Positions 31,451 through 42,419 of a stretch of DNA of 64,000 bases are shown here, piece after piece. The stretch lies in assembly GCA_025061835.1 (NCBI GenBank), contig JANXAC010000002.1, positions 37,185 through 101,184 of the forward strand, in the 5' to 3' direction. The DNA is from Spirochaetota bacterium (lineage in GTDB: Bacteria > Spirochaetota > Brevinematia > DTOW01). The notes under the pieces are model-generated. The model saw only the letters and a list, made by a program, of their open reading frames with translations. It did no database searches and was not told the DNA's origin. Each line of letters starts with the position of its first letter. Position 1 is the first letter of the stretch. A program made the position numbers and the translations under genes.

Positions 31451-34168
31451 TTAGACAACAATATTTACAAGTTTTTTAGGAACAACAATAATCTTTTTTG
31501 GTTGTGAGTTATTCAATGATCTCCTGATTACCTCATTACTCAACGCCATCTGTTTGATTTCCTCGTCAGTTATATCTATTGAAACTTGAACTTTTGCTTT
31601 TACCTTTCCATTTATTTGGAACACAACTTCAACTGTATCATAGGAAAGGAACCTTTGGTCATAAGAAGGCCATAAACTTTCACACAGCATTAATTCATTA
31701 CCTATCAAACTCCACAATTCTTCTGCTATGTGTGGTGTGAATACATACATAAGAGCAATAAGTTTCTCAATTCCTTCCCTAAACACACTCCTTTCAACTT
31801 CATCTTTAGGTTCAAATGAATAGAGTTCATTTGTGAGTTCCATAAGTGATGCTATAGCAGTATTAAAACTAAAGTCTCTCTCAATATCATCCCCTACCTT
31901 CTTGACAGTGATATTTATCTTGGTAAGTAAGTCTTTCGCTTTTTTGGAAAGGTTCTGGACTGAACTGTAATCAAAACTCTTTGACTCCTTGATTGTATCC
32001 AACTTCCCTACTACAAGTCTCCAAACTCTATTCAAGAACCTATACGCTCCTTCAATACCTTCATCGCTCCAGTCCAAATCCTTCTCTGGAGGAGACGCAA
32101 AAAGAATAAAAAGTCTAACAGCGTCAGCACCATACTTTCTGACCATATCATCAGGATCAACAGTGTTATGCTTTGACTTTGACATCTTTGCAGATTCACC
32201 TATCTCTTCCTCCAACTTTGAAATAACATCATTCCAAGCACCATCACTATTCCCAATAACCCCAAACAAAAGAGATATGTTACTAGCCAGTGTCAAGTGA
32301 TATTCTTCCAGAACATCCTTAATCTTTCTATCATCCTCAACAACATTAACCTTCAAATTCTGATACCGTTCTGAAAGCTTTTTGGTAAGAGTTCTAATTG
32401 TATCGTTCTCATCAAGACCTAAAGCATTGAGTAGCATATTAATACCGACCCATCGTTTATTCACCATACCCTGCGTCAATAGATTTACAAACGGTTCATC
32501 GCTATCAACCAGTCCTATATCTTTCATAAACTTGTGGAAGAATCGTGCGTAGAGTAAGTGTAGTATTGCATGTTCTACTCCTCCTATGTATTGATCAACA
32601 TCAAGCCAATACCTACTCTCTTCTTTTGAAAACGGTTCTTTATCATTCTTTGGAGATGTATATCTTGCGTAATACCAACTTGAGTCAAAGAAAGTATCCA
32701 TCGTGTCAGTCTCTCTTCTCGCCATTGAACCACAACTGGGACACTTTACCTTGAGAAATTCTTCATTAGTCTCAAGCGGATTACCTCTACCCGTAAATTC
32801 AACACCTTTAGGTAAAACAACAGGTAGATCCTCGTAAGGAACTGGAACATAACCACACTTCTCACACTTCACAAACGGTATAGGTGTTCCCCAATATCTC
32901 TGTCTTGATATAAGCCAATCTTTTATCTTGTAGTTATACCTCCTCTGACCTAGCTCTTTCTCTTCAATGTATTCAATTATCTTCATAATTGCCTCGCTAC
33001 TTTTCATTCCCGAGAAGGAAGAAGAATTAACCATTATACCTTCTTCGGTATATGCAGAAGTCATTTTGCTTGGATCAAGACTTTTATCAGAAGGTTGTAT
33101 AACAACTTTTATGGGTAGTCCATATTTCTTAGCAAACTTGAAGTCTCTCTCATCGTGAGCAGGCACACACATTATCGCACCAGTTCCGTATTCCATAAGC
33201 ACAAAGTTAGCAACCCACAACGGAACTTTTTCACCAGTAAGCGGGTTTTCTACATACCTCCCAGTGAATACCCCTTCCTTCTCATACTCCTCTGAAGTTC
33301 TCAACTTGTAATCCTCCTTTCTCATTCTTTTGACTTCACTTTCAATACTAGGATTTTCCTTCATAAACTCATCAACTAGAGGATGTTCTGGTGATATTGC
33401 CATAAAAGTAACACCGAAAATAGTATCAGGTCTAGTTGTGAATATTGGAAAGTCTCTACCATCATCAAGTTTGAAATTCACAACAACACCGAAGCTCTTA
33501 CCTATCCAGTTTTTCTGCATCAATATAACCTTCTCGGGCCATTTACCGAGTTTTGAGTGATCCTCTAGTAATCTATCCGCATATTCTGTTATCTTTATGA
33601 ACCATTGTTCAATATTTCTTATCTCAACCTCTGTCCCACACCTCCAACACTTACCATCTATAACCTGCTCATTTGCCAAAACGGTATTACAATCAGGACA
33701 CCAGTTCACTGCAGAAGACTTTCTATAAACTAAACCTCTTTCATACATCTTTAGGAATAACCATTGGTTCCACTTGTAATACTCTGGATCACAGGTTGTA
33801 ATTTCCCTACTCCAGTCATAAGCAAAACCAAGTCTCTTGAGTTGAGACTTCATAGTTGCAATATTATCATATGTCCAAACCGCTGGATGGACACCTTTAC
33901 TAATAGCCGCGTTCTCCGCTGGTAGTCCAAACGCATCCCATCCCATAGGATGTAAAACATTAAATCCTTTCATCTTCTTATACCTAGCAACAACATCACC
34001 TATCGTATAGTTTCTCACATGCCCCATGTGTATTCTACCCGAAGGGTATGGAAACATCACAAGAACATAATATTTCTTTTTACTACTATCAACTTCAGAC
34101 CTAAAAACTCCTTTTCTCTCCCATATCTCCTGCCATTTCTTCTCAATCTCTTCAAAGTTGTAGTGCAT
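31451..34168 (-). CDS. leuS: leucyl-tRNA synthetase
   Basis: Class I HMGH ([15 protein letters not shown]) and KMSKS ([13 protein letters not shown]) motifs, LeuS-type editing domain insert; 905 aa. Confidence 0.95.
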   Translation of the reverse strand: MHYNFEEIEKKWQEIWERKGVFRSEVDSSKKKYYVLVMFPYPSGRIHMGHVRNYTIGDVVARYKKMKGFNVLHPMGWDAFGLPAENAAISKGVHPAVWTYDNIATMKSQLKRLGFAYDWSREITTCDPEYYKWNQWLFLKMYERGLVYRKSSAVNWCPDCNTVLANEQVIDGKCWRCGTEVEIRNIEQWFIKITEYADRLLEDHSKLGKWPEKVILMQKNWIGKSFGVVVNFKLDDGRDFPIFTTRPDTIFGVTFMAISPEHPLVDEFMKENPSIESEVKRMRKEDYKLRTSEEYEKEGVFTGRYVENPLTGEKVPLWVANFVLMEYGTGAIMCVPAHDERDFKFAKKYGLPIKVVIQPSDKSLDPSKMTSAYTEEGIMVNSSSFSGMKSSEAIMKIIEYIEEKELGQRRYNYKIKDWLISRQRYWGTPIPFVKCEKCGYVPVPYEDLPVVLPKGVEFTGRGNPLETNEEFLKVKCPSCGSMARRETDTMDTFFDSSWYYARYTSPKNDKEPFSKEESRYWLDVDQYIGGVEHAILHLLYARFFHKFMKDIGLVDSDEPFVNLLTQGMVNKRWVGINMLLNALGLDENDTIRTLTKKLSERYQNLKVNVVEDDRKIKDVLEEYHLTLASNISLLFGVIGNSDGAWNDVISKLEEEIGESAKMSKSKHNTVDPDDMVRKYGADAVRLFILFASPPEKDLDWSDEGIEGAYRFLNRVWRLVVGKLDTIKESKSFDYSSVQNLSKKAKDLLTKINITVKKVGDDIERDFSFNTAIASLMELTNELYSFEPKDEVERSVFREGIEKLIALMYVFTPHIAEELWSLIGNELMLCESLWPSYDQRFLSYDTVEVVFQINGKVKAKVQVSIDITDEEIKQMALSNEVIRRSLNNSQPKKIIVVPKKLVNIVV

Positions 34169-34346
34169 ATTAGAACCTCTATTCCATATTTTAAAAAACT
34201 ATAACTACCGAATTCATCTAGGATTACATAAACCTTTAAGATATTCAATTCAAGGTTCTTCAAGATTGTTCAAGCAAGTTTTATAAATTCAATCAAAAAT
34301 TTTTGAAATCTTCTCTCTGTAAAAGTATAATATATCAGAAGAAGCT

Positions 34347-35108
34347 ATGTCTCTTAAGGAAATGATCTCAATATCTACAAAAGTAATCCCTTCAGTAGAT
34401 GAAATAATTTCAGAATCTCTCAAGAGACACAATTTTACTCCCCAAGATGTAGAAGAAAACTTTTCCGATTCAGTAGAAACTTTAGAAAGAATAGCAAATG
34501 GTATATATAATGAATATGAAAACAAATGTTTGGAAACTTTTGTACAAAAATGGATAAGACAAAGAAGACTAGACGACATAGAGAAAATAAAGATCCTCAA
34601 CTGTGAAAACTACGTAGAAAAACTTAAAAACGAGTTTCTTGAATTCGCAAAAGCAATCCAAAATCTTGAAAAACATCTTGGCAATATGAGAAAAGCAAGA
34701 GGAGGAAAGAGCTTTGAAAAGATCATTCTAATACTTCTTAGAATGATAGAGATTACTTGTGAGATACCGAAAGGAGAATATAGAAATAGGCTAAAGAGAA
34801 TAGATATAGTAATACCATCATCTCAGCAAGCCATAAATTATCCAGACAGGTCTGTATTTCTAACCTGTAAAAGGACATTGAGAGAAAGATGGAAACAAGA
34901 AGTCCCTCAAGTAGGACCTAACTAGACAGTGTACCTGATAACTATTGACGATGATATAAGTCAAGGAAAAGCCGAAGAAATACGTTATATGGGTTTAATA
35001 GCTTTCACAAAGGATAGTGTAGCACGCAATATAAACAAGCCTTGGATAAGAGGACTATCAAATTTACCCAAAGACATAAAACAAAAGATAGGAAGAGCAA
35101 AGAGGTAG
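34347..35108 (+). pseudogene. presumed restriction-endonuclease partner of the downstream methyltransferase, interrupted by one in-frame TAG (34923-34925)
   Basis: Own translation: the frame of the 192-codon ORF continues open for 60 more codons (TVYLITIDDD...KQKIGRAKR) to TAG 35106-35108, 3 nt before the methyltransferase ATG. Nuclease identity is inferred from position only (RIDIVIP/FLTCK could be a degenerate PD-(D/E)xK core). Confidence 0.4.
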
Positions 35109-35111
35109 AAT

Positions 35112-36374
35112 ATGATACAGAAAGAACTGTTTGACAAAGGTCTATTTAATACTGACTTCCTAGCATCAGATACCTCTCACAAGAGACAAAGAGAGCCTTA
35201 TTTTGACTTTAAGGGAATTAAAGCTAGTGAAGGTATTTACGGCATTCACCCATATCCAGCAATGTTCCATTACAGAGTCGTTAGAGAGTTAATAAAGAAT
35301 TTTTCAAATGATAATAGCATTGTTTTTGATCCGTTCCTAGGCTCGGGAGTCAGTGCTGTTGAGAGTATAATAAGCAGGAGAAATTTCATAGGATACGACA
35401 TAAACCCTCTAGGTGTTTTAATATCAAAAGTTAGGACAACACCTATACCAACAAGAGAACTTCTAGAGACTCTCAACTTCATAGTTCAAAATTTTGATAA
35501 TCAAGCAGCTGAAAAACCCTCCTTCACAAATATTGATTACTGGTTTAATGAGAGTGTGGCTAAATCTCTATCAAAAATAAAGAAAACAATCCTGCAGATA
35601 CAGGATAGAGTAAGAGACTTTTTCTTAGTAGCATTTTCAGAAACGGTAAGAAAGGTATCACTAACAGACCATAATGAATATAAGCTTTTGAAAGACAGTT
35701 CAAAGATAGTAGAAGATGTTAATGTTATAAAAACATTTAACGAGATCTCCCAAAGAAACATAAAACTACTAACAGATTTTTACAGAACCAATGAAGTTTC
35801 AGGCAAAATAATCTCAATTCAAGTTAGGAACATATTAGATGGATTGGACTTTGACTACCCTGCTGACTTAATTATAACCTCTCCTCCTTATGGTGACTCT
35901 AGAACTACTGTTGCCTATGGTCAGTTTTCAAGACTATCTCTACAATGGATAGGAATAAACGAAAATATTGACAAAAAATCACTAGGAGGCAAGATTAGTA
36001 AAATTCATACTAACTTACCTTCAGAGACTTTATATACTACCCTCAAGGAAATTCTAAAAGTTGATGAAAGGAGAGCTGTAGAAATATTTTCGTTCTACGA
36101 AGATCTTTACAACGCTATAAAGGTAATAGCAAAATCGGTAAAGAGAGGTGGTTATGTATGCTTTGTTGTCGGAAACAGAAGAGTTAGAAAAGTAGATCTT
36201 CCAACGGATATAATCTCTGCTGAATTCTTTATTAATGAAGGACTAGAACATATTAAAACAATAGTTAGAAAAATCCATAACAAGAGAATACCAATTCAAA
36301 ATTCTCCCTCCAACATAAAAGGAAATACTGACACAACGATGCGATACGAATATATTCTGATACTCCGTAAGTAA
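35112..36374 (+). CDS. amino (N4-cytosine or N6-adenine) DNA methyltransferase
   Basis: SAM-binding FxGxG-type motif (VFDPFLGSGVSAV) followed about 175 aa later by catalytic SPPY (IITSPPYGD), an alpha-class-like arrangement; AAAGAGG RBS. Confidence 0.8.
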   Translation: MIQKELFDKGLFNTDFLASDTSHKRQREPYFDFKGIKASEGIYGIHPYPAMFHYRVVRELIKNFSNDNSIVFDPFLGSGVSAVESIISRRNFIGYDINPLGVLISKVRTTPIPTRELLETLNFIVQNFDNQAAEKPSFTNIDYWFNESVAKSLSKIKKTILQIQDRVRDFFLVAFSETVRKVSLTDHNEYKLLKDSSKIVEDVNVIKTFNEISQRNIKLLTDFYRTNEVSGKIISIQVRNILDGLDFDYPADLIITSPPYGDSRTTVAYGQFSRLSLQWIGINENIDKKSLGGKISKIHTNLPSETLYTTLKEILKVDERRAVEIFSFYEDLYNAIKVIAKSVKRGGYVCFVVGNRRVRKVDLPTDIISAEFFINEGLEHIKTIVRKIHNKRIPIQNSPSNIKGNTDTTMRYEYILILRK

Positions 36375-36500
36375 TTAAAATCGTAATAACCTTAAAGGCT
36401 CAAGATATTGTCCAGATATTTCTAAAAACAAAACAAGGATTAGGGTATTGTCTTAATAATACACTTCTGTTATCAAAAGTATTCAAAACCCACAGCCAGC

Positions 36501-38969
36501 CTAGATAAACAGATTAATGTTTGAGTTTGAAGCGTTTGCGATGTAAGTAGCAACACCTCCTATTTTTATACCATCAATGAGTTCTTCTCTTCTTATTCCC
36601 ATAACATCCATAGACATCTGACAGGCAACAATTTCAACGCCACTCCTCATCGCATTCTGTATCAGTTCTTCAAGAGTTGAGATATTCTTCTTCTTCATAA
36701 GCCATCTTATCATCTTAGGTCCTATGCCAAACATATTCATTTTTGACAATTTTAGGTTTTCAGTCCCTTTTGGTAGCATCATACCAAACATCTTTGATAT
36801 GAGATCTTTCTTGACTTTTACCTTAGAGTTTTTCTTAAGAGCATTCAGACCCCAGAATGTGAAAAACATACTAACTTTCTTTCCCGCAGATAAGGCACCG
36901 TTTGCTATAACAAATGACGCTATCAGTTTATCAAGGTCATCATCAAATACTATTATGGTAGCAGAATTGTTAGTTGAGATAACATTTGAAGTAGAGAGTG
37001 TTTCTTGCGAAGACTTTTCTATCACAGCCTCAATTATTCCCTTATCTTGCTTTAGAGATAGTAATTTATTACCTGTAACATCGGTCCAAGCCTTGACATC
37101 ATTAGCAAAACCCGGGTCAGTTGCCTTTACAACGACTTTTGCACCTCTTTGGAGAGAATCCATACTCTGTTTCAACTTGAGTATAGGACCTGGACACTGT
37201 AATCCACAAGCATCAACTTCAACAACTACTCCTTCCTTTGTCTCCTTAAGTGGTTCTTGAGTCACAAGGTCAGATAGGTCAACTCTATATCCAGTATATA
37301 TATCCTCATTACCTTGCTTCTGGGTTACTACTTCATAAGTCTTGTATCCACCCGTAAGGTTATAAACCTCCTCAAATCCATTCTGATAAAGTATCCTACA
37401 AGCAACATAAGCTCTTAAGCCAACTCCACAATACACAATTATCTTTTTATCTCTTGGCAACTTATCAAGGTTATTTCTCAGTTCATCAACAGGTATATTA
37501 ACAGAACCTTCAATGTGTCCAAGATCATACTCATCTTTGGTTCTAACATCAAGCACAAAAATACTAGATTTATCACTGTTCAAAAACTCATCCCAAGTTA
37601 TTATCTTCTGCTTCCCACTCAAAACATTCTCTGCCACATAACCTGCTATGTTAACAGGATCTTTCGCCGAAGAGTATGGTGGAGCATAAGCATGATCTAG
37701 GTCAATCAAATCATAAACAGTTAATCCTGCTTGTATAGCTGTTGATAGAACATCTATCCTTTTATCAACTCCATCATATCCAACAGCCTGTGCCCCAAGT
37801 ATCCTACCATCTTCAGGAGAAAATATGAGCTTGAGAGACATAGGAAGAGCACCAGGATAATACCCTGCGTGAGATGAAGGGTGTATTATAACATACTTAT
37901 ACGGTATCCCTTCTCTCTTGAGTAGTTTTTCAGTTGCACCTGTAACAGCAACAGTTATATCAAAAACCTTCGCTATAGCAGTTCCTATAGACCCCTTATA
38001 CCTTCTAACATTACCAAAGACTATGTTATCGGCAACAATCCTACCTTGTAAGTTAGCAGGCCACGCCAAAGGAATACCTATCTTCTTCTTTATGACAGGA
38101 TGATAAACTTCAATAGCATCTCCAATAGCATATATATCAGGGTCCGAAGTTTGTAAGTAATCATTCACAACTATATGTCCTCTCTCTCCTATCTCAAGTC
38201 CCGCTTCCTTTGCTAGTTTACTCTCTGGTCGCACACCAATAGAAAGTATCACCATATCAACTGATAGTTTTCTACCACTACTCAAGTTAACTACTATCCT
38301 ACCATCAAGGTCCTTATCAAAACTTGCTACACTATCCTTAAGATAGAACTCAACATTCTTCGTTTTTAAGTGCTGATGAACCAAAGCAGCCATCTCAAAG
38401 TCAATAACCCCCATAACTTGTTCCATCGCTTCAACAATCGTAACCAGAATGCCTCTATGCGCTAGATTTTCCGCCATCTCAAGCCCAATAAATCCTGCCC
38501 CTACTATCACCGCTCTCCTCGGTTTGTTTGAATCAATAAATTCCTTTATCCTATCAGTATCTCTTATGTCTCTAAGAGTGAAGATATTTGGTAAATCTAT
38601 ACCCGGTATCGGTGGTTTAACTGGTGTTGCTCCCGGTGAAAGCACAAGTTTATCATACTTCTCCGTATATTCATTACCAGTTCTCAAATCCCTAACTAAA
38701 ACTTCTTTTTTCTCTCTATCAATCTTCAAAACTTCACTCCTAACCCTAACATCTACATTAAACCTCCTGATAAAGCCTTCAACTGTTTGAACCAAAAGAT
38801 TACTCCTCTCTTTTATCACACCACCTATGTAGTAAGGTAACCCACAGTTAGCATAAGATATATACTCACCTCTCTCAAAAACCACTATCTCTGCCCTCTC
38901 ATCCAGTCTTCTCAACCTAGCAGCAGTTGACATACCTCCAGCAACACCACCTACTATCACGCACTTCAT
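36501..38969 (-). CDS. four-domain sulfur oxidoreductase: CoA-disulfide reductase/NADH oxidase - rhodanese - TusA - DsrE-like
   Basis: FAD/NAD Rossmann VIVGGVAGG with redox Cys in SYANCGLPY; rhodanese active loop YCGVGLRA; TusA CPxP motif (CGLQCPGPIL); C-terminal DsrE-like region (EIVACQMSMD). Track start 38981 overlaps GGAGG; true ATG likely 38969 (MKCVIVGG). Confidence 0.8.
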   Translation of the reverse strand: MKCVIVGGVAGGMSTAARLRRLDERAEIVVFERGEYISYANCGLPYYIGGVIKERSNLLVQTVEGFIRRFNVDVRVRSEVLKIDREKKEVLVRDLRTGNEYTEKYDKLVLSPGATPVKPPIPGIDLPNIFTLRDIRDTDRIKEFIDSNKPRRAVIVGAGFIGLEMAENLAHRGILVTIVEAMEQVMGVIDFEMAALVHQHLKTKNVEFYLKDSVASFDKDLDGRIVVNLSSGRKLSVDMVILSIGVRPESKLAKEAGLEIGERGHIVVNDYLQTSDPDIYAIGDAIEVYHPVIKKKIGIPLAWPANLQGRIVADNIVFGNVRRYKGSIGTAIAKVFDITVAVTGATEKLLKREGIPYKYVIIHPSSHAGYYPGALPMSLKLIFSPEDGRILGAQAVGYDGVDKRIDVLSTAIQAGLTVYDLIDLDHAYAPPYSSAKDPVNIAGYVAENVLSGKQKIITWDEFLNSDKSSIFVLDVRTKDEYDLGHIEGSVNIPVDELRNNLDKLPRDKKIIVYCGVGLRAYVACRILYQNGFEEVYNLTGGYKTYEVVTQKQGNEDIYTGYRVDLSDLVTQEPLKETKEGVVVEVDACGLQCPGPILKLKQSMDSLQRGAKVVVKATDPGFANDVKAWTDVTGNKLLSLKQDKGIIEAVIEKSSQETLSTSNVISTNNSATIIVFDDDLDKLIASFVIANGALSAGKKVSMFFTFWGLNALKKNSKVKVKKDLISKMFGMMLPKGTENLKLSKMNMFGIGPKMIRWLMKKKNISTLEELIQNAMRSGVEIVACQMSMDVMGIRREELIDGIKIGGVATYIANASNSNINLFI

Positions 38970-39307
38970 AAAAGCCTCCATAAACTACAAACAGTATATA
39001 GTATAATAAATATATTGAGATAATTATATCAAAGTTTGAAAAATCTACAATACTTGTAGTATTTTACATAACCAAAATAGATTAGATTTTATAAAGACAG
39101 CCTAAATCGTTAGAAAAAACACTAAACTTTATCACAACTCAAAAGAAACACACCTATGTAGAGAGGAAATTACTCACACTAGGATTACAGCAAAACCTTA
39201 AGGGTATATTACCTTTTAAATACTACTTTACCAAACTTTGAAGGTGAATAGGATATTAGGTTTTATCTTTAGTCCTCCCATCCAGATTGTTTATATTATC
39301 TACACAA

Positions 39308-40663
39308 ATGTATAAAAAAACTACTATCCTAGTTGTAGATGATGAGACTGAAATACTAGTCTCAATAAATAACATCCTCCAAGAAGAGTTTGATGTATTA
39401 GTATCAAGAGACTTTTCTCTATCTCTAAAAATACTGGAAGAAATACAACCTGATGTAGCATTAATTGACCTAAAACTAGGAGATAGGGACGGTAGGGAGA
39501 TCATAAAATCTATCAAAGAGAGGGACTTGAAGACACAGATTATAGTCATATCTGCCTACACTGATATTGAAAATATCGTTGATAGCATCAAACTAGGTGC
39601 TTTTGATTTTGTTGAGAAACCTATCTCACCAGCTAGATTGAAGGTTGCTATCAAGAATGCTCTTGAAAATCTAGAATTAAGAAAACTACTAGAAAACAAA
39701 ATCCTCTCTGAAGGAATAACTACTCAAAACCCTAGGATGAAAGAGATAATCAAACTCGTTGAAAAATCCGCATCCACTAGTTTTCCAGTTCTAATACTCG
39801 GCGAATCTGGAACTGGTAAGGAGAGAATAGCATCTCTCATCCATAATTTAAGTAAGAGAAGATATAAAGAGTTTGTTAAACTCAACTGTTCTGCTATACC
39901 TTCTGAACTTTTTGAGTCTGAGTTGTTTGGATACGAAAAAGGTTCATTCACTGGAGCATACCAAAGTAAGAAAGGTAAGTTTGAAATAGCAAACGGTGGA
40001 ACACTATTCCTAGATGAGATCGGCGATTTGTCTCTGGAACATCAGGCAAAACTCCTACGAGCAATAGAATACGGAGAGATAACCAAAATAGGTAGTAAAG
40101 AAACAATAAAGGTTGATGTTAGGATAGTATCTGCTACCAACAAAGACCTTGAGAGAATGGTCAAAGAAAAAGCATTCAGAGAAGACTTGTTTTACAGAAT
40201 AAATGTCATCACAATACATCTACCACCACTCAGAGAAAGAAAAGAAGATATAAAAATACTCGCAGAATTTTTCCTAAAAGAGACGATACAAAAAGAAGGA
40301 TTACCAAACAAGTATTTAACAGACGAAGCAATCCATTTGCTTGAAAACTATGACTACCCCGGTAATGTAAGAGAACTTAAAAACATCATTCAGAGGCTTG
40401 TCATAGTATCAGAAAAGGAAGTTATAACCAAGGAAGATGTCAATAAAGTTATAGCAACAACCAATCTCAATAGAGATTACGATAAACTTGTATCAATCCT
40501 ATCATCCAAACTACCACCCAACACCGCAAGAGAAGAATTTGAAAAAATCTACCTAAAGCACCACCTTGAGAAAAACCAAAACAACGTCTCAAAAACTGCA
40601 CTCTCATTAGGTATCCTACCAAACAACCTATTAAGAAGACTCAAAGAACTAGGTTTGAAATAA
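39308..40663 (+). CDS. sigma-54-dependent two-component response regulator (NtrC family)
   Basis: Receiver domain (ILVVDDE...ALIDLKLGDRDG), AAA+ sigma-54 activator domain with Walker A GESGTGKE and GSFTGA (GAFTGA-type) loop, C-terminal HTH. Track start 39287 is TTG; first ATG 39308 gives the usual receiver N-terminus. Confidence 0.85.
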   Translation: MYKKTTILVVDDETEILVSINNILQEEFDVLVSRDFSLSLKILEEIQPDVALIDLKLGDRDGREIIKSIKERDLKTQIIVISAYTDIENIVDSIKLGAFDFVEKPISPARLKVAIKNALENLELRKLLENKILSEGITTQNPRMKEIIKLVEKSASTSFPVLILGESGTGKERIASLIHNLSKRRYKEFVKLNCSAIPSELFESELFGYEKGSFTGAYQSKKGKFEIANGGTLFLDEIGDLSLEHQAKLLRAIEYGEITKIGSKETIKVDVRIVSATNKDLERMVKEKAFREDLFYRINVITIHLPPLRERKEDIKILAEFFLKETIQKEGLPNKYLTDEAIHLLENYDYPGNVRELKNIIQRLVIVSEKEVITKEDVNKVIATTNLNRDYDKLVSILSSKLPPNTAREEFEKIYLKHHLEKNQNNVSKTALSLGILPNNLLRRLKELGLK

Positions 40664-40982
40664 ACATAAAAATTGTGAAACATCAAAAGTCAAAATCATT
40701 GATTAAGAATTAAAAAACCTAAACATTCTCAAAGAAAAACGCTACAAAAACTTCAAAGATAGTTATCACACAACAAACATAATCACTATCAACTACGATA
40801 TATCACTTTTGATACAGTGACAGAACTTTTAACTTCTAGAACGGTATTAGATTACGACAAATCCACCTACTTACTAAAAACTTACATTCAAATGGGCTTA
40901 AGGATACCTATTAAGAAGTTTCTAGGTTCAATCTAAAAGCAAATTTCACTAGTAATAACTAGACACTTCCAAATGAAAGTTT

Positions 40983-40997
40983 TGGCACGCTAATTGA
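40983..40997 (+). promoter_or_regulatory. candidate sigma-54 (-24/-12) promoter: TGGCACG-N4-TTGA
   Basis: Perfect -24 element TGGCACG at 40983-40989; -12 element TTGA (consensus TTGC) at 40994-40997; about 30 nt upstream of AAAGGAGG and ATG 41029; lies downstream of the sigma-54 activator gene. Confidence 0.4.
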
Positions 40998-41028
40998 AAA
41001 GCATTAATATATGTAAAAGGAGGTATGT

Positions 41029-41814
41029 ATGAAACAAGTAGTGAGAGTGTCAGTTTTGTCGCTTATAGCGGTTGTGTTTGCTCTAACCGCTACACATATC
41101 AATGCTGAGGATGATATTAAGGTAACAAGAGCCTCAGACAATATGTTTAAAGGTGAGGGTTTTGGAGGTCCAATAGTCAGTGCTTTTTACATTCCTAGTA
41201 TAGCTAGTCTGAATGAAAAACTACAATCACTAGGATACCAACAGAGATTTGGTGAAGTTTTGTTAGGAATAGGAGGACAAGGATTTGGCTATACTGGCAA
41301 TGTACTAATGGGTGGAGGTGGCTCTATAATTATATCATCCTCAATAGAAGGAAAGTTTAACGGAACGAATGTAGTAGCAACATTATCTGGTAGTTTTGGT
41401 TTCTTTGAGTTTGGATACGCTGTTATTAAAGCTCCTAATTTTGAATTTGCACCTATTCTAGGCATTGGTGGAGGCGGCTACACGCTTTCATTTAAGTCAA
41501 AATCTGAGGCTTACGATTTTGATACCATAGCCAAAAATCCATACTCCTATGCGAACGGAATATCTTATGGAGACTTCAGCATTGAAGTTGGAATACTTAC
41601 CTATGGTAAATTAATCCTATCCGAAAACATAATCCAACTATGCGATGACCTGAAAATCAAATCATACAGCACAGTAGGACTAATACTAAAGGCTAGTTAT
41701 ATCTTCTCAATAATAGGTAATGATGACTCTATAATATCAGAACCAAGTTTTGGAGATCATACTATCAGTCTAGGTTTATCCATAACCTTCGGTGGCAAAA
41801 GCGAGAAGTTATAA
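41029..41814 (+). CDS. secreted glycine-rich hypothetical protein
   Basis: Signal peptide (LIAVVFALTATHINA); repeated GxGG/GFG tracts; 261 aa; strong RBS AAAGGAGG. Confidence 0.55.
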   Translation: MKQVVRVSVLSLIAVVFALTATHINAEDDIKVTRASDNMFKGEGFGGPIVSAFYIPSIASLNEKLQSLGYQQRFGEVLLGIGGQGFGYTGNVLMGGGGSIIISSSIEGKFNGTNVVATLSGSFGFFEFGYAVIKAPNFEFAPILGIGGGGYTLSFKSKSEAYDFDTIAKNPYSYANGISYGDFSIEVGILTYGKLILSENIIQLCDDLKIKSYSTVGLILKASYIFSIIGNDDSIISEPSFGDHTISLGLSITFGGKSEKL

Positions 41815-41824
41815 CTTACAATTT

Positions 41825-41850
41825 GAGGGTGGCACAGCCACCCTTTGAAA
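41825..41850 (+). terminator. perfect 8-bp-stem hairpin (AGGGTGGC-ACA-GCCACCCT) with short T run; intrinsic terminator or attenuating structure
   Basis: Inverted repeat at 41826-41844 followed by TTTGAAAATT; sits in the 44-bp gap between two same-strand genes. Weak U-tract, so termination may be partial. Confidence 0.3.
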
Positions 41851-41858
41851 ATTAACTA

Positions 41859-42419
41859 GTGTTAGATATAATTAGACTAATCGGTAGTATCTTTTACCCC
41901 TTGGTAGAAGGAATTAGAATAATAGGAGTTCTAATAGGTATTACTGCTCTATCCTCTACCGAAATTGGTTTGGAAAATCCTAGGTTTTTTGAAGACAACA
42001 GAGGAAACTTGATCTTCTCATTCAACCTAAAAAACACCTTCAACGATAAGTTCCAAAGGCTTGTTGAAAGAGGGATAACATCAGGATATGCTATAGATGT
42101 TTCATTCCAAACAACCAAGATACTTGTGAATGTCTCAATAACTAACAAAGTTACATACAATAACTCAAAGAATATGTTTCTGGTTCATCTTCATAAGAAT
42201 GCTACGACAAAAAGTATTACAATAAACAGTATAGAGGAAGTAAAAACTGTTATGAACCAAATAAACATTCTTCTTCCAAAGTCTGGAATAGAAGGAGAAG
42301 AAGTAACGGTAAGGATAAAAGCAGAACCGTTTTTTGAGTATCAGGAGTTTAGTGATATAGATCCTTCAAGAGCTGTATGGGGCAGAAAACTGAGTGTTGA
42401 AATAAAGTATAGACTATGA
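41859..42419 (+). CDS. hypothetical membrane-associated protein (186 aa)
   Basis: ORF track; starts at GTG, no in-frame ATG in the first ~100 codons; hydrophobic N-terminus; 3' end overlaps the convergent histidine kinase gene. Confidence 0.42.
   Translation: MLDIIRLIGSIFYPLVEGIRIIGVLIGITALSSTEIGLENPRFFEDNRGNLIFSFNLKNTFNDKFQRLVERGITSGYAIDVSFQTTKILVNVSITNKVTYNNSKNMFLVHLHKNATTKSITINSIEEVKTVMNQINILLPKSGIEGEEVTVRIKAEPFFEYQEFSDIDPSRAVWGRKLSVEIKYRL

Noticed and set aside
34169-34346. T-box leader upstream of leuS (also 52176-52424 upstream of argS)
   Set aside because: Searched both leaders on the coding strand for the conserved T-box core (AGGGTGGNACCGCG); not present.
34057-34600. Minus-strand ORFs 34057-34263 and 34289-34600 and plus-strand ORF 34019-34204 around the leuS start and R-M locus
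   Set aside because: They overlap the leuS 5' end/promoter or the longer RBS-supported plus-strand gene at 34347; no start context.
36724-37260. 178-aa plus-strand ORF inside the CoADR-fusion gene
   Set aside because: Antisense to a gene with four recognisable domains; Ser/Thr-rich low-complexity translation.
39045-39059. Near-palindrome CTACAA-TAC-TTGTAG in the region between the CoADR-fusion gene and the NtrC-type regulator gene
   Set aside because: Only 6-bp arms; insufficient alone to call an enhancer/activator binding site.
41829-41834. TGGCAC inside the 41826-41844 hairpin as a second sigma-54 promoter
   Set aside because: No GC/TTGC-like -12 element at the required spacing; the hexamer is part of the hairpin stem.
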